Source: Camelus dromedarius (taxonomy: Eukaryota). Taken from it: a stretch of DNA of 64,000 bases. Position 1 is the stretch's first letter; each line of letters starts with the position of its first letter. Shown here one piece after another: positions 10,901 through 25,900 of the stretch. The stretch is from positions 94,118,001 to 94,182,000 of the forward strand of contig NC_087472.1 in assembly GCF_036321535.1 (NCBI RefSeq), read 5' to 3'. A model generated the notes under the pieces. It did no database searches. It was not told where the DNA came from and worked only from the letters and a program-made list of their open reading frames with translations. The translations under genes and the position numbers were made by a program.

Positions 10901-13900
10901 GGTAAGTCTGGGCCCGTTGGCCCTGTCGGTACTGGCAGTTCAAAGGTGAGGACTGTGTGGCGGACTGCACGGGTGAGTAAGTGCTGTAGACAGCTCAGTC
11001 TCCTTTGAGCACGTTGGCGGGCGACGGAGCGTTGGGCAAGGGAATAATAGTACTGCCAGCTATTCCGTGTGGGCCGGGACAGGCGCTAAGGGCTTTTGTT
11101 TCTCCTGTCCTTTCAGAGTCACCCGTGAGGCAGGTGCGGAAACGTTCCCCGTCTCGCGGTAGAGACACCGAGGGTCAGAAATCGCCTTCGTCAGGCGCGG
11201 GGGGAGCAGCCGGGCGAGCTGCGGATGGACACGAGACGAACGGACCCAGACGTGTGCTGTTGAAGGCGAGGAAGAGGAGGCTTCCCACCGGATGGAGGTG
11301 TGTGGGCTGTGTGTTCCGGGCAGGTGAGGCGTCTTCTCCCCGGTAAAGCTGAGCGCCAACAGGATGCAGCCGCTGCTGCTTTGTGGAGGCTTCAGGTACA
11401 TCTCCCCACCACTTGGGGAGGACGCAGAAGGGCACCGAGCGCCCCAGTAAGTCAGCGTGCTGGGATGTGCGGCGGGGCCGTCACAGCCCGAATCCCTGCC
11501 TGGCCCTGGCTTGCTGAAAGCGACAGCTCGGTTCATGGGAGGGTCTGTCCCCGACGCTCCGGAGTGCCGTCCCGTCGTCAAGCGAGGTGCTCCTCCATCG
11601 GGCCCGGGACCTGCCCGAAAGCGGTCAGAAGGTTTTCGGGGCGATGTTTTCGTCTCCATCCAGAGCTACGGAAAACTTGAGCTGGGACCAGTGCAAAGAA
11701 GCCTGGGAGAGGGTTCTCCACGGCAGCAACGGGCTCCACCCTCATGGCAGCATAAAGGGGTCAGCTTCCCCCCTTGTTGCAAGCCGAGGGCCAGAGGCTT
11801 GTGACTTTTGCCCCCGTGTGCCGAGCTCAGCGGGACGCTCATCGCAGACCCGCTGACTGAGTGAGTGAACTTCCCCCTGTGAGCAAAAGCAGCTCCCCCG
11901 GGCCGTTCCCTAGCGCACAGGTGTTTGCTGCAAGTTGGGCTCCCCCTACGCAGCGGAGATAGTCCTTCCTCAGAGCTGTCTGTGGTAGGGAGCAGGAGGT
12001 CACAGAGCCAGAGGCAGCTGAAGGAAGGCCCACCCTTGGCGGTGTCTGCATGCGCAGTGAGCTTCCAGCGAGTGCTGGCAAGAAGGGGCGTTGGCGGCTC
12101 TTGGGGTGTCAGAAAGCCCGGGACCAAGAGGAGAACCTATGGATTCCAAGCAACGCAGTGAGTGTTGTGTGACTTTGACGGGGGGGGGGGGGGGTGGTCC
12201 TCATCCGTTGCCCCTCATCCCGCTTGTGGAAACAGGATGGCTGGGGCCTCCTGGACTCCCAGCAGTTAGGATTCCCTACCTGTGAAGTGGTGCTTGTCTG
12301 TGCACTTGAGTCCGTGTATTGTGACCTCAATGCTGCTGTTTTGAGTCCCACCCTCTGATGCCCAGGGATGCAGCCTGAGGGGCCCCCATGAGAAGGAGGA
12401 CACCATGAGGAGGAAAGCAGCACGGAGAAATCGGCAAATTGAATCCTGCACATTCCACGGTGTGGCGTCGGGCTGACTTTCAGGAATGCCGGAAGAGCGG
12501 GATGGTTCCTGAGAATCTCTCGACCAGGCAGGAGGTCTGGGCGGGTGGGTGCGACCCCGCCGCTCTAGAGGGTGCCCAGGTCTTGCTGATGAGGAGGCCG
12601 CAGTTTGGGAACAACCACTCTCCTGCGTCGCTTAAGGTCAGCACGTGCCAGGGACCGATTTGCTCTTCTGATGAGCAGGGAGTAAGTTAGCAAAAGCTGC
12701 AGAACGTAAAGCAACGGAACAAACCAAACGGTTCGGGTTTCAGTTGACGGAGGTCTGTCGGGTAAGTCTGGGCCCGTTGGCCCTGTCGGTACTGGCAGTT
12801 CAAAGGTGAGGACTGTGTGGCGGACTGCACGGGTGAGTAAGTGCTGTAGACAGCTCAGTCTCCTTTGAGCACGTTGGCGGGCGACGGAGCGTTGGGCAAG
12901 GGAATAATAGTACTGCCAGCTATTCCGTGTGGGCCGGGACAGGCGCTAAGGGCTTTTGTTTCTCCTGTCCTTTCAGAGTCACCCGTGAGGCAGGTGCGGA
13001 AACGTTCCCCGTCTCGCGGTAGAGACACCGAGGGTCAGAAATCGCCTTCGTCAGGCGCGGGGGGAGCAGCCGGGCGAGCTGCGGATGGACACGAGACGAA
13101 CGGACCCAGACGTGTGCTGTTGAAGGCGAGGAAGAGGAGGCTTCCCACCGGATGGAGGTGTGTGGGCTGTGTGTTCCGGGCAGGTGAGGCGTCTTCTCCC
13201 CGGTAAAGCTGAGCGCCAACAGGATGCAGCCGCTGCTGCTTTGTGGAGGCTTCAGGTACATCTCCCCACCACTTGGGGAGGACGCAGAAGGGCACCGAGC
13301 GCCCCAGTAAGTCAGCGTGCTGGGATGTGCGGCGGGGCCGTCACAGCCCGAATCCCTGCCTGGCCCTGGCTTGCTGAAAGCGACAGCTCGGTTCATGGGA
13401 GGGTCTGTCCCCGACGCTCCGGAGTGCCGTCCCGTCGTCAAGCGAGGTGCTCCTCCATCGGGCCCGGGACCTGCCCGAAAGCGGTCAGAAGGTTTTCGGG
13501 GCGATGTTTTCGTCTCCATCCAGAGCTACGGAAAACTTGAGCTGGGACCAGTGCAAAGAAGCCTGGGAGAGGGTTCTCCACGGCAGCAACGGGCTCCACC
13601 CTCATGGCAGCATAAAGGGGTCAGCTTCCCCCCTTGTTGCAAGCCGAGGGCCAGAGGCTTGTGACTTTTGCCCCCGTGTGCCGAGCTCAGCGGGACGCTC
13701 ATCGCAGACCCGCTGACTGAGTGAGTGAACTTCCCCCTGTGAGCAAAAGCAGCTCCCCCGGGCCGTTCCCTAGCGCACAGGTGTTTGCTGCAAGTTGGGC
13801 TCCCCCTACGCAGCGGAGATAGTCCTTCCTCAGAGCTGTCTGTGGTAGGGAGCAGGAGGTCACAGAGCCAGAGGCAGCTGAAGGAAGGCCCACCCTTGGC

Positions 13901-16900
13901 GGTGTCTGCATGCGCAGTGAGCTTCCAGCGAGTGCTGGCAAGAAGGGGCGTTGGCGGCTCTTGGGGTGTCAGAAAGCCCGGGACCAAGAGGAGAACCTAT
14001 GGATTCCAAGCAACGCAGTGAGTGTTGTGTGACTTTGACGGGGGGGGGGGGGTGGTCCTCATCCGTTGCCCCTCATCCCGCTTGTGGAAACAGGATGGCT
14101 GGGGCCTCCTGGACTCCCAGCAGTTAGGATTCCCTACCTGTGAAGTGGTGCTTGTCTGTGCACTTGAGTCCGTGTATTGTGACCTCAATGCTGCTGTTTT
14201 GAGTCCCACCCTCTGACGCCCAGGGATGCAGCCTGAGGGGCCCCCATGAGAAGGAGGACACCATGAGGAGGAAAGCAGCACGGAGAAATCGGCAAATTGA
14301 ATCCTGCACATTCCACGGTGTGGCGTCGGGCTGACTTTCAGGAATGCCGGAAGAGCGGGATGGTTCCTGAGAATCTCTCGACCAGGCAGGAGGTCTGGGC
14401 GGGTGGGTGCGACCCCGCCGCTCTAGAGGGTGCCCAGGTCTTGCTGATGAGGAGGCCGCAGTTTGGGAACAACCACTCTCCTGCGTCGCTTAAGGTCAGC
14501 ACGTGCCAGGGACCGATTTGCTCTTCTGATGAGCAGGGAGTAAGTTAGCAAAAGCTGCAGAACGTAAAGCAACGGAACAAACCAAACGGTTCGGGTTTCA
14601 GTTGACGGAGGTCTGTCGGGTAAGTCTGGGCCCGTTGGCCCTGTCGGTACTGGCAGTTCAAAGGTGAGGACTGTGTGGCGGACTGCACGGGTGAGTAAGT
14701 GCTGTAGACAGCTCAGTCTCCTTTGAGCACGTTGGCGGGCGACGGAGCGTTGGGCAAGGGAATAATAGTACTGCCAGCTATTCCGTGTGGGCCGGGACAG
14801 GCGCTAAGGGCTTTTGTTTCTCCTGTCCTTTCAGAGTCACCCGTGAGGCAGGTGCGGAAACGTTCCCCGTCTCGCGGTAGAGACACCGAGGGTCAGAAAT
14901 CGCCTTCGTCAGGCGCGGGGGGAGCAGCCGGGCGAGCTGCGGATGGACACGAGACGAACGGACCCAGACGTGTGCTGTTGAAGGCGAGGAAGAGGAGGCT
15001 TCCCACCGGATGGAGGTGTGTGGGCTGTGTGTTCCGGGCAGGTGAGGCGTCTTCTCCCCGGTAAAGCTGAGCGCCAACAGGATGCAGCCGCTGCTGCTTT
15101 GTGGAGGCTTCAGGTACATCTCCCCACCACTTGGGGAGGACGCAGAAGGGCACCGAGCGCCCCAGTAAGTCAGCGTGCTGGGATGTGCGGCGGGGCCGTC
15201 ACAGCCCGAATCCCTGCCTGGCCCTGGCTTGCTGAAAGCGACAGCTCGGTTCATGGGAGGGTCTGTCCCCGACGCTCCGGAGTGCCGTCCCGTCGTCAAG
15301 CGAGGTGCTCCTCCATCGGGCCCGGGACCTGCCCGAAAGCGGTCAGAAGGTTTTCGGGGCGATGTTTTCGTCTCCATCCAGAGCTACGGAAAACTTGAGC
15401 TGGGACCAGTGCAAAGAAGCCTGGGAGAGGGTTCTCCACGGCAGCAACGGGCTCCACCCTCATGGCAGCATAAAGGGGTCAGCTTCCCCCCTTGTTGCAA
15501 GCCGAGGGCCAGAGGCTTGTGACTTTTGCCCCCGTGTGCCGAGCTCAGCGGGACGCTCATCGCAGACCCGCTGACTGAGTGAGTGAACTTCCCCCTGTGA
15601 GCAAAAGCAGCTCCCCCGGGCCGTTCCCTAGCGCAGAGGTGTTTGCTGCAAGTTGGGCTCCCCCTACGCAGCGGAGATAGTCCTTCCTCAGAGCTGTCTG
15701 TGGTAGGGAGCAGGAGGTCACAGAGCCAGAGGCAGCTGAAGGAAGGCCCACCCTTGGCGGTGTCTGCATGCGCAGTGAGCTTCCAGCGAGTGCTGGCAAG
15801 AAGGGGCGTTGGCGGCTCTTGGGGTGTCAGAAAGCCCGGGACCAAGAGGAGAACCTATGGATTCCAAGCAACGCAGTGAGTGTTGTGTGACTTTGACGGG
15901 GGGGGGGGGGGTGGTCCTCATCCGTTGCCCCTCATCCCGCTTGTGGAAACAGGATGGCTGGGGCCTCCTGGACTCCCAGCAGTTAGGATTCCCTACCTGT
16001 GAAGTGGTGCTTGTCTGTGCACTTGAGTCCGTGTATTGTGACCTCAATGCTGCTGTTTTGAGTCCCACCCTCTGACGCCCAGGGATGCAGCCTGAGGGGC
16101 CCCCATGAGAAGGAGGACACCATGAGGAGGAAAGCAGCACGGAGAAATCGGCAAATTGAATCCTGCACATTCCACGGTGTGGCGTCGGGCTGACTTTCAG
16201 GAATGCCGGAAGAGCGGGATGGTTCCTGAGAATCTCTCGACCAGGCAGGAGGTCTGGGCGGGTGGGTGCGACCCCGCCGCTCTAGAGGGTGCCCAGGTCT
16301 TGCTGATGAGGAGGCCGCAGTTTGGGAACAACCACTCTCCTGCGTCGCTTAAGGTCAGCACGTGCCAGGGACCGATTTGCTCTTCTGATGAGCAGGGAGT
16401 AAGTTAGCAAAAGCTGCAGAACGTAAAGCAACGGAACAAACCAAACGGTTCGGGTTTCAGTTGACGGAGGTCTGTCGGGTAAGTCTGGGCCCGTTGGCCC
16501 TGTCGGTACTGGCAGTTCAAAGGTGAGGACTGTGTGGCGGACTGCACGGGTGAGTAAGTGCTGTAGACAGCTCAGTCTCCTTTGAGCACGTTGGCGGGCG
16601 ACGGAGCGTTGGGCAAGGGAATAATAGTACTGCCAGCTATTCCGTGTGGGCCGGGACAGGCGCTAAGGGCTTTTGTTTCTCCTGTCCTTTCAGAGTCACC
16701 CGTGAGGCAGGTGCGGAAACGTTCCCCGTCTCGCGGTAGAGACACCGAGGGTCAGAAATCGCCTTCGTCAGGCGCGGGGGGAGCAGCCGGGCGAGCTGCG
16801 GATGGACACGAGACGAACGGACCCAGACGTGTGCTGTTGAAGGCGAGGAAGAGGAGGCTTCCCACCGGATGGAGGTGTGTGGGCTGTGTGTTCCGGGCAG

Positions 16901-19900
16901 GTGAGGCGTCTTCTCCCCGGTAAAGCTGAGCGCCAACAGGATGCAGCCGCTGCTGCTTTGTGGAGGCTTCAGGTACATCTCCCCACCACTTGGGGAGGAC
17001 GCAGAAGGGCACCGAGCGCCCCAGTAAGTCAGCGTGCTGGGATGTGCGGCGGGGCCGTCACAGCCCGAATCCCTGCCTGGCCCTGGCTTGCTGAAAGCGA
17101 CAGCTCGGTTCATGGGAGGGTCTGTCCCCGACGCTCCGGAGTGCCGTCCCGTCGTCAAGCGAGGTGCTCCTCCATCGGGCCCGGGACCTGCCCGAAAGCG
17201 GTCAGAAGGTTTTCGGGGCGATGTTTTCGTCTCCATCCAGAGCTACGGAAAACTTGAGCTGGGACCAGTGCAAAGAAGCCTGGGAGAGGGTTCTCCACGG
17301 CAGCAACGGGCTCCACCCTCATGGCAGCATAAAGGGGTCAGCTTCCCCCCTTGTTGCAAGCCGAGGGCCAGAGGCTTGTGACTTTTGCCCCCGTGTGCCG
17401 AGCTCAGCGGGACGCTCATCGCAGACCCGCTGACTGAGTGAGTGAACTTCCCCCTGTGAGCAAAAGCAGCTCCCCCGGGCCGTTCCCTAGCGCAGAGGTG
17501 TTTGCTGCAAGTTGGGCTCCCCCTACGCAGCGGAGATAGTCCTTCCTCAGAGCTGTCTGTGGTAGGGAGCAGGAGGTCACAGAGCCAGAGGCAGCTGAAG
17601 GAAGGCCCACCCTTGGCGGTGTCTGCATGCGCAGTGAGCTTCCAGCGAGTGCTGGCAAGAAGGGGCGTTGGCGGCTCTTGGGGTGTCAGAAAGCCCGGGA
17701 CCAAGAGGAGAACCTATGGATTCCAAGCAACGCAGTGAGTGTTGTGTGACTTTGACGGGGGGGGGGGGGTGGTCCTCATCCGTTGCCCCTCATCCCGCTT
17801 GTGGAAACAGGATGGCTGGGGCCTCCTGGACTCCCAGCAGTTAGGATTCCCTACCTGTGAAGTGGTGCTTGTCTGTGCACTTGAGTCCGTGTATTGTGAC
17901 CTCAATGCTGCTGTTTTGAGTCCCACCCTCTGACGCCCAGGGATGCAGCCTGAGGGGCCCCCATGAGAAGGAGGACACCATGAGGAGGAAAGCAGCACGG
18001 AGAAATCGGCAAATTGAATCCTGCACATTCCACGGTGTGGCGTCGGGCTGACTTTCAGGAATGCCGGAAGAGCGGGATGGTTCCTGAGAATCTCTCGACC
18101 AGGCAGGAGGTCTGGGCGGGTGGGTGCGACCCCGCCGCTCTAGAGGGTGCCCAGGTCTTGCTGATGAGGAGGCCGCAGTTTGGGAACAACCACTCTCCTG
18201 CGTCGCTTAAGGTCAGCACGTGCCAGGGACCGATTTGCTCTTCTGATGAGCAGGGAGTAAGTTAGCAAAAGCTGCAGAACGTAAAGCAACGGAACAAACC
18301 AAACGGTTCGGGTTTCAGTTGACGGAGGTCTGTCGGGTAAGTCTGGGCCCGTTGGCCCTGTCGGTACTGGCAGTTCAAAGGTGAGGACTGTGTGGCGGAC
18401 TGCACGGGTGAGTAAGTGCTGTAGACAGCTCAGTCTCCTTTGAGCACGTTGGCGGGCGACGGAGCGTTGGGCAAGGGAATAATAGTACTGCCAGCTATTC
18501 CGTGTGGGCCGGGACAGGCGCTAAGGGCTTTTGTTTCTCCTGTCCTTTCAGAGTCACCCGTGAGGCAGGTGCGGAAACGTTCCCCGTCTCGCGGTAGAGA
18601 CACCGAGGGTCAGAAATCGCCTTCGTCAGGCGCGGGGGGAGCAGCCGGGCGAGCTGCGGATGGACACGAGACGAACGGACCCAGACGTGTGCTGTTGAAG
18701 GCGAGGAAGAGGAGGCTTCCCACCGGATGGAGGTGTGTGGGCTGTGTGTTCCGGGCAGGTGAGGCGTCTTCTCCCCGGTAAAGCTGAGCGCCAACAGGAT
18801 GCAGCCGCTGCTGCTTTGTGGAGGCTTCAGGTACATCTCCCCACCACTTGGGGAGGACGCAGAAGGGCACCGAGCGCCCCAGTAAGTCAGCGTGCTGGGA
18901 TGTGCGGCGGGGCCGTCACAGCCCGAATCCCTGCCTGGCCCTGGCTTGCTGAAAGCGACAGCTCGGTTCATGGGAGGGTCTGTCCCCGACGCTCCGGAGT
19001 GCCGTCCCGTCGTCAAGCGAGGTGCTCCTCCATCGGGCCCGGGACCTGCCCGAAAGCGGTCAGAAGGTTTTCGGGGCGATGTTTTCGTCTCCATCCAGAG
19101 CTACGGAAAACTTGAGCTGGGACCAGTGCAAAGAAGCCTGGGAGAGGGTTCTCCACGGCAGCAACGGGCTCCACCCTCATGGCAGCATAAAGGGGTCAGC
19201 TTCCCCCCTTGTTGCAAGCCGAGGGCCAGAGGCTTGTGACTTTTGCCCCCGTGTGCCGAGCTCAGCGGGACGCTCATCGCAGACCCGCTGACTGAGTGAG
19301 TGAACTTCCCCCTGTGAGCAAAAGCAGCTCCCCCGGGCCGTTCCCTAGCGCACAGGTGTTTGCTGCAAGTTGGGCTCCCCCTACGCAGCGGAGATAGTCC
19401 TTCCTCAGAGCTGTCTGTGGTAGGGAGCAGGAGGTCACAGAGCCAGAGGCAGCTGAAGGAAGGCCCACCCTTGGCGGTGTCTGCATGCGCAGTGAGCTTC
19501 CAGCGAGTGCTGGCAAGAAGGGGCGTTGGCGGCTCTTGGGGTGTCAGAAAGCCCGGGACCAAGAGGAGAACCTATGGATTCCAAGCAACGCAGTGAGTGT
19601 TGTGTGACTTTGACGGGGGGGGGGTGGTCCTCATCCGTTGCCCCTCATCCCGCTTGTGGAAACAGGATGGCTGGGGCCTCCTGGACTCCCAGCAGTTAGG
19701 ATTCCCTACCTGTGAAGTGGTGCTTGTCTGTGCACTTGAGTCCGTGTATTGTGACCTCAATGCTGCTGTTTTGAGTCCCACCCTCTGACGCCCAGGGATG
19801 CAGCCTGAGGGGCCCCCATGAGAAGGAGGACACCATGAGGAGGAAAGCAGCACGGAGAAATCGGCAAATTGAATCCTGCACATTCCACGGTGTGGCGTCG

Positions 19901-22900
19901 GGCTGACTTTCAGGAATGCCGGAAGAGCGGGATGGTTCCTGAGAATCTCTCGACCAGGCAGGAGGTCTGGGCGGGTGGGTGCGACCCCGCCGCTCTAGAG
20001 GGTGCCCAGGTCTTGCTGATGAGGAGGCCGCAGTTTGGGAACAACCACTCTCCTGCGTCGCTTAAGGTCAGCACGTGCCAGGGACCGATTTGCTCTTCTG
20101 ATGAGCAGGGAGTAAGTTAGCAAAAGCTGCAGAACGTAAAGCAACGGAACAAACCAAACGGTTCGGGTTTCAGTTGACGGAGGTCTGTCGGGTAAGTCTG
20201 GGCCCGTTGGCCCTGTCGGTACTGGCAGTTCAAAGGTGAGGACTGTGTGGCGGACTGCACGGGTGAGTAAGTGCTGTAGACAGCTCAGTCTCCTTTGAGC
20301 ACGTTGGCGGGCGACGGAGCGTTGGGCAAGGGAATAATAGTACTGCCAGCTATTCCGTGTGGGCCGGGACAGGCGCTAAGGGCTTTTGTTTCTCCTGTCC
20401 TTTCAGAGTCACCCGTGAGGCAGGTGCGGAAACGTTCCCCGTCTCGCGGTAGAGACACCGAGGGTCAGAAATCGCCTTCGTCAGGCGCGGGGGGAGCAGC
20501 CGGGCGAGCTGCGGATGGACACGAGACGAACGGACCCAGACGTGTGCTGTTGAAGGCGAGGAAGAGGAGGCTTCCCACCGGATGGAGGTGTGTGGGCTGT
20601 GTGTTCCGGGCAGGTGAGGCGTCTTCTCCCCGGTAAAGCTGAGCGCCAACAGGATGCAGCCGCTGCTGCTTTGTGGAGGCTTCAGGTACATCTCCCCACC
20701 ACTTGGGGAGGACGCAGAAGGGCACCGAGCGCCCCAGTAAGTCAGCGTGCTGGGATGTGCGGCGGGGCCGTCACAGCCCGAATCCCTGCCTGGCCCTGGC
20801 TTGCTGAAAGCGACAGCTCGGTTCATGGGAGGGTCTGTCCCCGACGCTCCGGAGTGCCGTCCCGTCGTCAAGCGAGGTGCTCCTCCATCGGGCCCGGGAC
20901 CTGCCCGAAAGCGGTCAGAAGGTTTTCGGGGCGATGTTTTCGTCTCCATCCAGAGCTACGGAAAACTTGAGCTGGGACCAGTGCAAAGAAGCCTGGGAGA
21001 GGGTTCTCCACGGCAGCAACGGGCTCCACCCTCATGGCAGCATAAAGGGGTCAGCTTCCCCCCTTGTTGCAAGCCGAGGGCCAGAGGCTTGTGACTTTTG
21101 CCCCCGTGTGCCGAGCTCAGCGGGACGCTCATCGCAGACCCGCTGACTGAGTGAGTGAACTTCCCCCTGTGAGCAAAAGCAGCTCCCCCGGGCCGTTCCC
21201 TAGCGCAGAGGTGTTTGCTGCAAGTTGGGCTCCCCCTACGCAGCGGAGATAGTCCTTCCTCAGAGCTGTCTGTGGTAGGGAGCAGGAGGTCACAGAGCCA
21301 GAGGCAGCTGAAGGAAGGCCCACCCTTGGCGGTGTCTGCATGCGCAGTGAGCTTCCAGCGAGTGCTGGCAAGAAGGGGCGTTGGCGGCTCTTGGGGTGTC
21401 AGAAAGCCCGGGACCAAGAGGAGAACCTATGGATTCCAAGCAACGCAGTGAGTGTTGTGTGACTTTGACGGGGGGGGGTGGTCCTCATCCGTTGCCCCTC
21501 ATCCCGCTTGTGGAAACAGGATGGCTGGGGCCTCCTGGACTCCCAGCAGTTAGGATTCCCTACCTGTGAAGTGGTGCTTGTCTGTGCACTTGAGTCCGTG
21601 TATTGTGACCTCAATGCTGCTGTTTTGAGTCCCACCCTCTGACGCCCAGGGATGCAGCCTGAGGGGCCCCCATGAGAAGGAGGACACCATGAGGAGGAAA
21701 GCAGCACGGAGAAATCGGCAAATTGAATCCTGCACATTCCACGGTGTGGCGTCGGGCTGACTTTCAGGAATGCCGGAAGAGCGGGATGGTTCCTGAGAAT
21801 CTCTCGACCAGGCAGGAGGTCTGGGCGGGTGGGTGCGACCCCGCCGCTCTAGAGGGTGCCCAGGTCTTGCTGATGAGGAGGCCGCAGTTTGGGAACAACC
21901 ACTCTCCTGCGTCGCTTAAGGTCAGCACGTGCCAGGGACCGATTTGCTCTTCTGATGAGCAGGGAGTAAGTTAGCAAAAGCTGCAGAACGTAAAGCAACG
22001 GAACAAACCAAACGGTTCGGGTTTCAGTTGACGGAGGTCTGTCGGGTAAGTCTGGGCCCGTTGGCCCTGTCGGTACTGGCAGTTCAAAGGTGAGGACTGT
22101 GTGGCGGACTGCACGGGTGAGTAAGTGCTGTAGACAGCTCAGTCTCCTTTGAGCACGTTGGCGGGCGACGGAGCGTTGGGCAAGGGAATAATAGTACTGC
22201 CAGCTATTCCGTGTGGGCCGGGACAGGCGCTAAGGGCTTTTGTTTCTCCTGTCCTTTCAGAGTCACCCGTGAGGCAGGTGCGGAAACGTTCCCCGTCTCG
22301 CGGTAGAGACACCGAGGGTCAGAAATCGCCTTCGTCAGGCGCGGGGGGAGCAGCCGGGCGAGCTGCGGATGGACACGAGACGAACGGACCCAGACGTGTG
22401 CTGTTGAAGGCGAGGAAGAGGAGGCTTCCCACCGGATGGAGGTGTGTGGGCTGTGTGTTCCGGGCAGGTGAGGCGTCTTCTCCCCGGTAAAGCTGAGCGC
22501 CAACAGGATGCAGCCGCTGCTGCTTTGTGGAGGCTTCAGGTACATCTCCCCACCACTTGGGGAGGACGCAGAAGGGCACCGAGCGCCCCAGTAAGTCAGC
22601 GTGCTGGGATGTGCGGCGGGGCCGTCACAGCCCGAATCCCTGCCTGGCCCTGGCTTGCTGAAAGCGACAGCTCGGTTCATGGGAGGGTCTGTCCCCGACG
22701 CTCCGGAGTGCCGTCCCGTCGTCAAGCGAGGTGCTCCTCCATCGGGCCCGGGACCTGCCCGAAAGCGGTCAGAAGGTTTTCGGGGCGATGTTTTCGTCTC
22801 CATCCAGAGCTACGGAAAACTTGAGCTGGGACCAGTGCAAAGAAGCCTGGGAGAGGGTTCTCCACGGCAGCAACGGGCTCCACCCTCATGGCAGCATAAA

Positions 22901-25900
22901 GGGGTCAGCTTCCCCCCTTGTTGCAAGCCGAGGGCCAGAGGCTTGTGACTTTTGCCCCCGTGTGCCGAGCTCAGCGGGACGCTCATCGCAGACCCGCTGA
23001 CTGAGTGAGTGAACTTCCCCCTGTGAGCAAAAGCAGCTCCCCCGGGCCGTTCCCTAGCGCAGAGGTGTTTGCTGCAAGTTGGGCTCCCCCTACGCAGCGG
23101 AGATAGTCCTTCCTCAGAGCTGTCTGTGGTAGGGAGCAGGAGGTCACAGAGCCAGAGGCAGCTGAAGGAAGGCCCACCCTTGGCGGTGTCTGCATGCGCA
23201 GTGAGCTTCCAGCGAGTGCTGGCAAGAAGGGGCGTTGGCGGCTCTTGGGGTGTCAGAAAGCCCGGGACCAAGAGGAGAACCTATGGATTCCAAGCAACGC
23301 AGTGAGTGTTGTGTGACTTTGACGGGGGGGGGTGGTCCTCATCCGTTGCCCCTCATCCCGCTTGTGGAAACAGGATGGCTGGGGCCTCCTGGACTCCCAG
23401 CAGTTAGGATTCCCTACCTGTGAAGTGGTGCTTGTCTGTGCACTTGAGTCCGTGTATTGTGACCTCAATGCTGCTGTTTTGAGTCCCACCCTCTGACGCC
23501 CAGGGATGCAGCCTGAGGGGCCCCCATGAGAAGGAGGACACCATGAGGAGGAAAGCAGCACGGAGAAATCGGCAAATTGAATCCTGCACATTCCACGGTG
23601 TGGCGTCGGGCTGACTTTCAGGAATGCCGGAAGAGCGGGATGGTTCCTGAGAATCTCTCGACCAGGCAGGAGGTCTGGGCGGGTGGGTGCGACCCCGCCG
23701 CTCTAGAGGGTGCCCAGGTCTTGCTGATGAGGAGGCCGCAGTTTGGGAACAACCACTCTCCTGCGTCGCTTAAGGTCAGCACGTGCCAGGGACCGATTTG
23801 CTCTTCTGATGAGCAGGGAGTAAGTTAGCAAAAGCTGCAGAACGTAAAGCAACGGAACAAACCAAACGGTTCGGGTTTCAGTTGACGGAGGTCTGTCGGG
23901 TAAGTCTGGGCCCGTTGGCCCTGTCGGTACTGGCAGTTCAAAGGTGAGGACTGTGTGGCGGACTGCACGGGTGAGTAAGTGCTGTAGACAGCTCAGTCTC
24001 CTTTGAGCACGTTGGCGGGCGACGGAGCGTTGGGCAAGGGAATAATAGTACTGCCAGCTATTCCGTGTGGGCCGGGACAGGCGCTAAGGGCTTTTGTTTC
24101 TCCTGTCCTTTCAGAGTCACCCGTGAGGCAGGTGCGGAAACGTTCCCCGTCTCGCGGTAGAGACACCGAGGGTCAGAAATCGCCTTCGTCAGGCGCGGGG
24201 GGAGCAGCCGGGCGAGCTGCGGATGGACACGAGACGAACGGACCCAGACGTGTGCTGTTGAAGGCGAGGAAGAGGAGGCTTCCCACCGGATGGAGGTGTG
24301 TGGGCTGTGTGTTCCGGGCAGGTGAGGCGTCTTCTCCCCGGTAAAGCTGAGCGCCAACAGGATGCAGCCGCTGCTGCTTTGTGGAGGCTTCAGGTACATC
24401 TCCCCACCACTTGGGGAGGACGCAGAAGGGCACCGAGCGCCCCAGTAAGTCAGCGTGCTGGGATGTGCGGCGGGGCCGTCACAGCCCGAATCCCTGCCTG
24501 GCCCTGGCTTGCTGAAAGCGACAGCTCGGTTCATGGGAGGGTCTGTCCCCGACGCTCCGGAGTGCCGTCCCGTCGTCAAGCGAGGTGCTCCTCCATCGGG
24601 CCCGGGACCTGCCCGAAAGCGGTCAGAAGGTTTTCGGGGCGATGTTTTCGTCTCCATCCAGAGCTACGGAAAACTTGAGCTGGGACCAGTGCAAAGAAGC
24701 CTGGGAGAGGGTTCTCCACGGCAGCAACGGGCTCCACCCTCATGGCAGCATAAAGGGGTCAGCTTCCCCCCTTGTTGCAAGCCGAGGGCCAGAGGCTTGT
24801 GACTTTTGCCCCCGTGTGCCGAGCTCAGCGGGACGCTCATCGCAGACCCGCTGACTGAGTGAGTGAACTTCCCCCTGTGAGCAAAAGCAGCTCCCCCGGG
24901 CCGTTCCCTAGCGCAGAGGTGTTTGCTGCAAGTTGGGCTCCCCCTACGCAGCGGAGATAGTCCTTCCTCAGAGCTGTCTGTGGTAGGGAGCAGGAGGTCA
25001 CAGAGCCAGAGGCAGCTGAAGGAAGGCCCACCCTTGGCGGTGTCTGCATGCGCAGTGAGCTTCCAGCGAGTGCTGGCAAGAAGGGGCGTTGGCGGCTCTT
25101 GGGGTGTCAGAAAGCCCGGGACCAAGAGGAGAACCTATGGATTCCAAGCAACGCAGTGAGTGTTGTGTGACTTTGACGGGGGGGGGTGGTCCTCATCCGT
25201 TGCCCCTCATCCCGCTTGTGGAAACAGGATGGCTGGGGCCTCCTGGACTCCCAGCAGTTAGGATTCCCTACCTGTGAAGTGGTGCTTGTCTGTGCACTTG
25301 AGTCCGTGTATTGTGACCTCAATGCTGCTGTTTTGAGTCCCACCCTCTGATGCCCAGGGATGCAGCCTGAGGGGCCCCCATGAGAAGGAGGACACCATGA
25401 GGAGGAAAGCAGCACGGAGAAATCGGCAAGTTGAATCCTGCACATTCCACGGTGTGGCGTCGGGCTGACTTTCAGGAATGCCGGAAGAGCGGGATGGTTC
25501 CTGAGAATCTCTCGACCAGGCAGGAGGTCTGGGCGGGTGGGTGCGACCCCGCCGCTCTAGAGGGTGCCCAGGTCTTGCTGATGAGGAGGCCGCAGTTTGG
25601 GAACAACCACTCTCCTGCGTCGCTTAAGGTCAGCACGTGCCAGGGACCGATTTGCTCTTCTGATGAGCAGGGAGTAAGTTAGCAAAAGCTGCAGAACGTA
25701 AAGCAACGGAACAAACCAAACGGTTCGGGTTTCAGTTGACGGAGGTCTGTCGGGTAAGTCTGGGCCCGTTGGCCCTGTCGGTACTGGCAGTTCAAAGGTG
25801 AGGACTGTGTGGCGGACTGCACGGGTGAGTAAGTGCTGTAGACAGCTCAGTCTCCTTTGAGCACGTTGGCGGGCGACGGAGCGTTGGGCAAGGGAATAAT

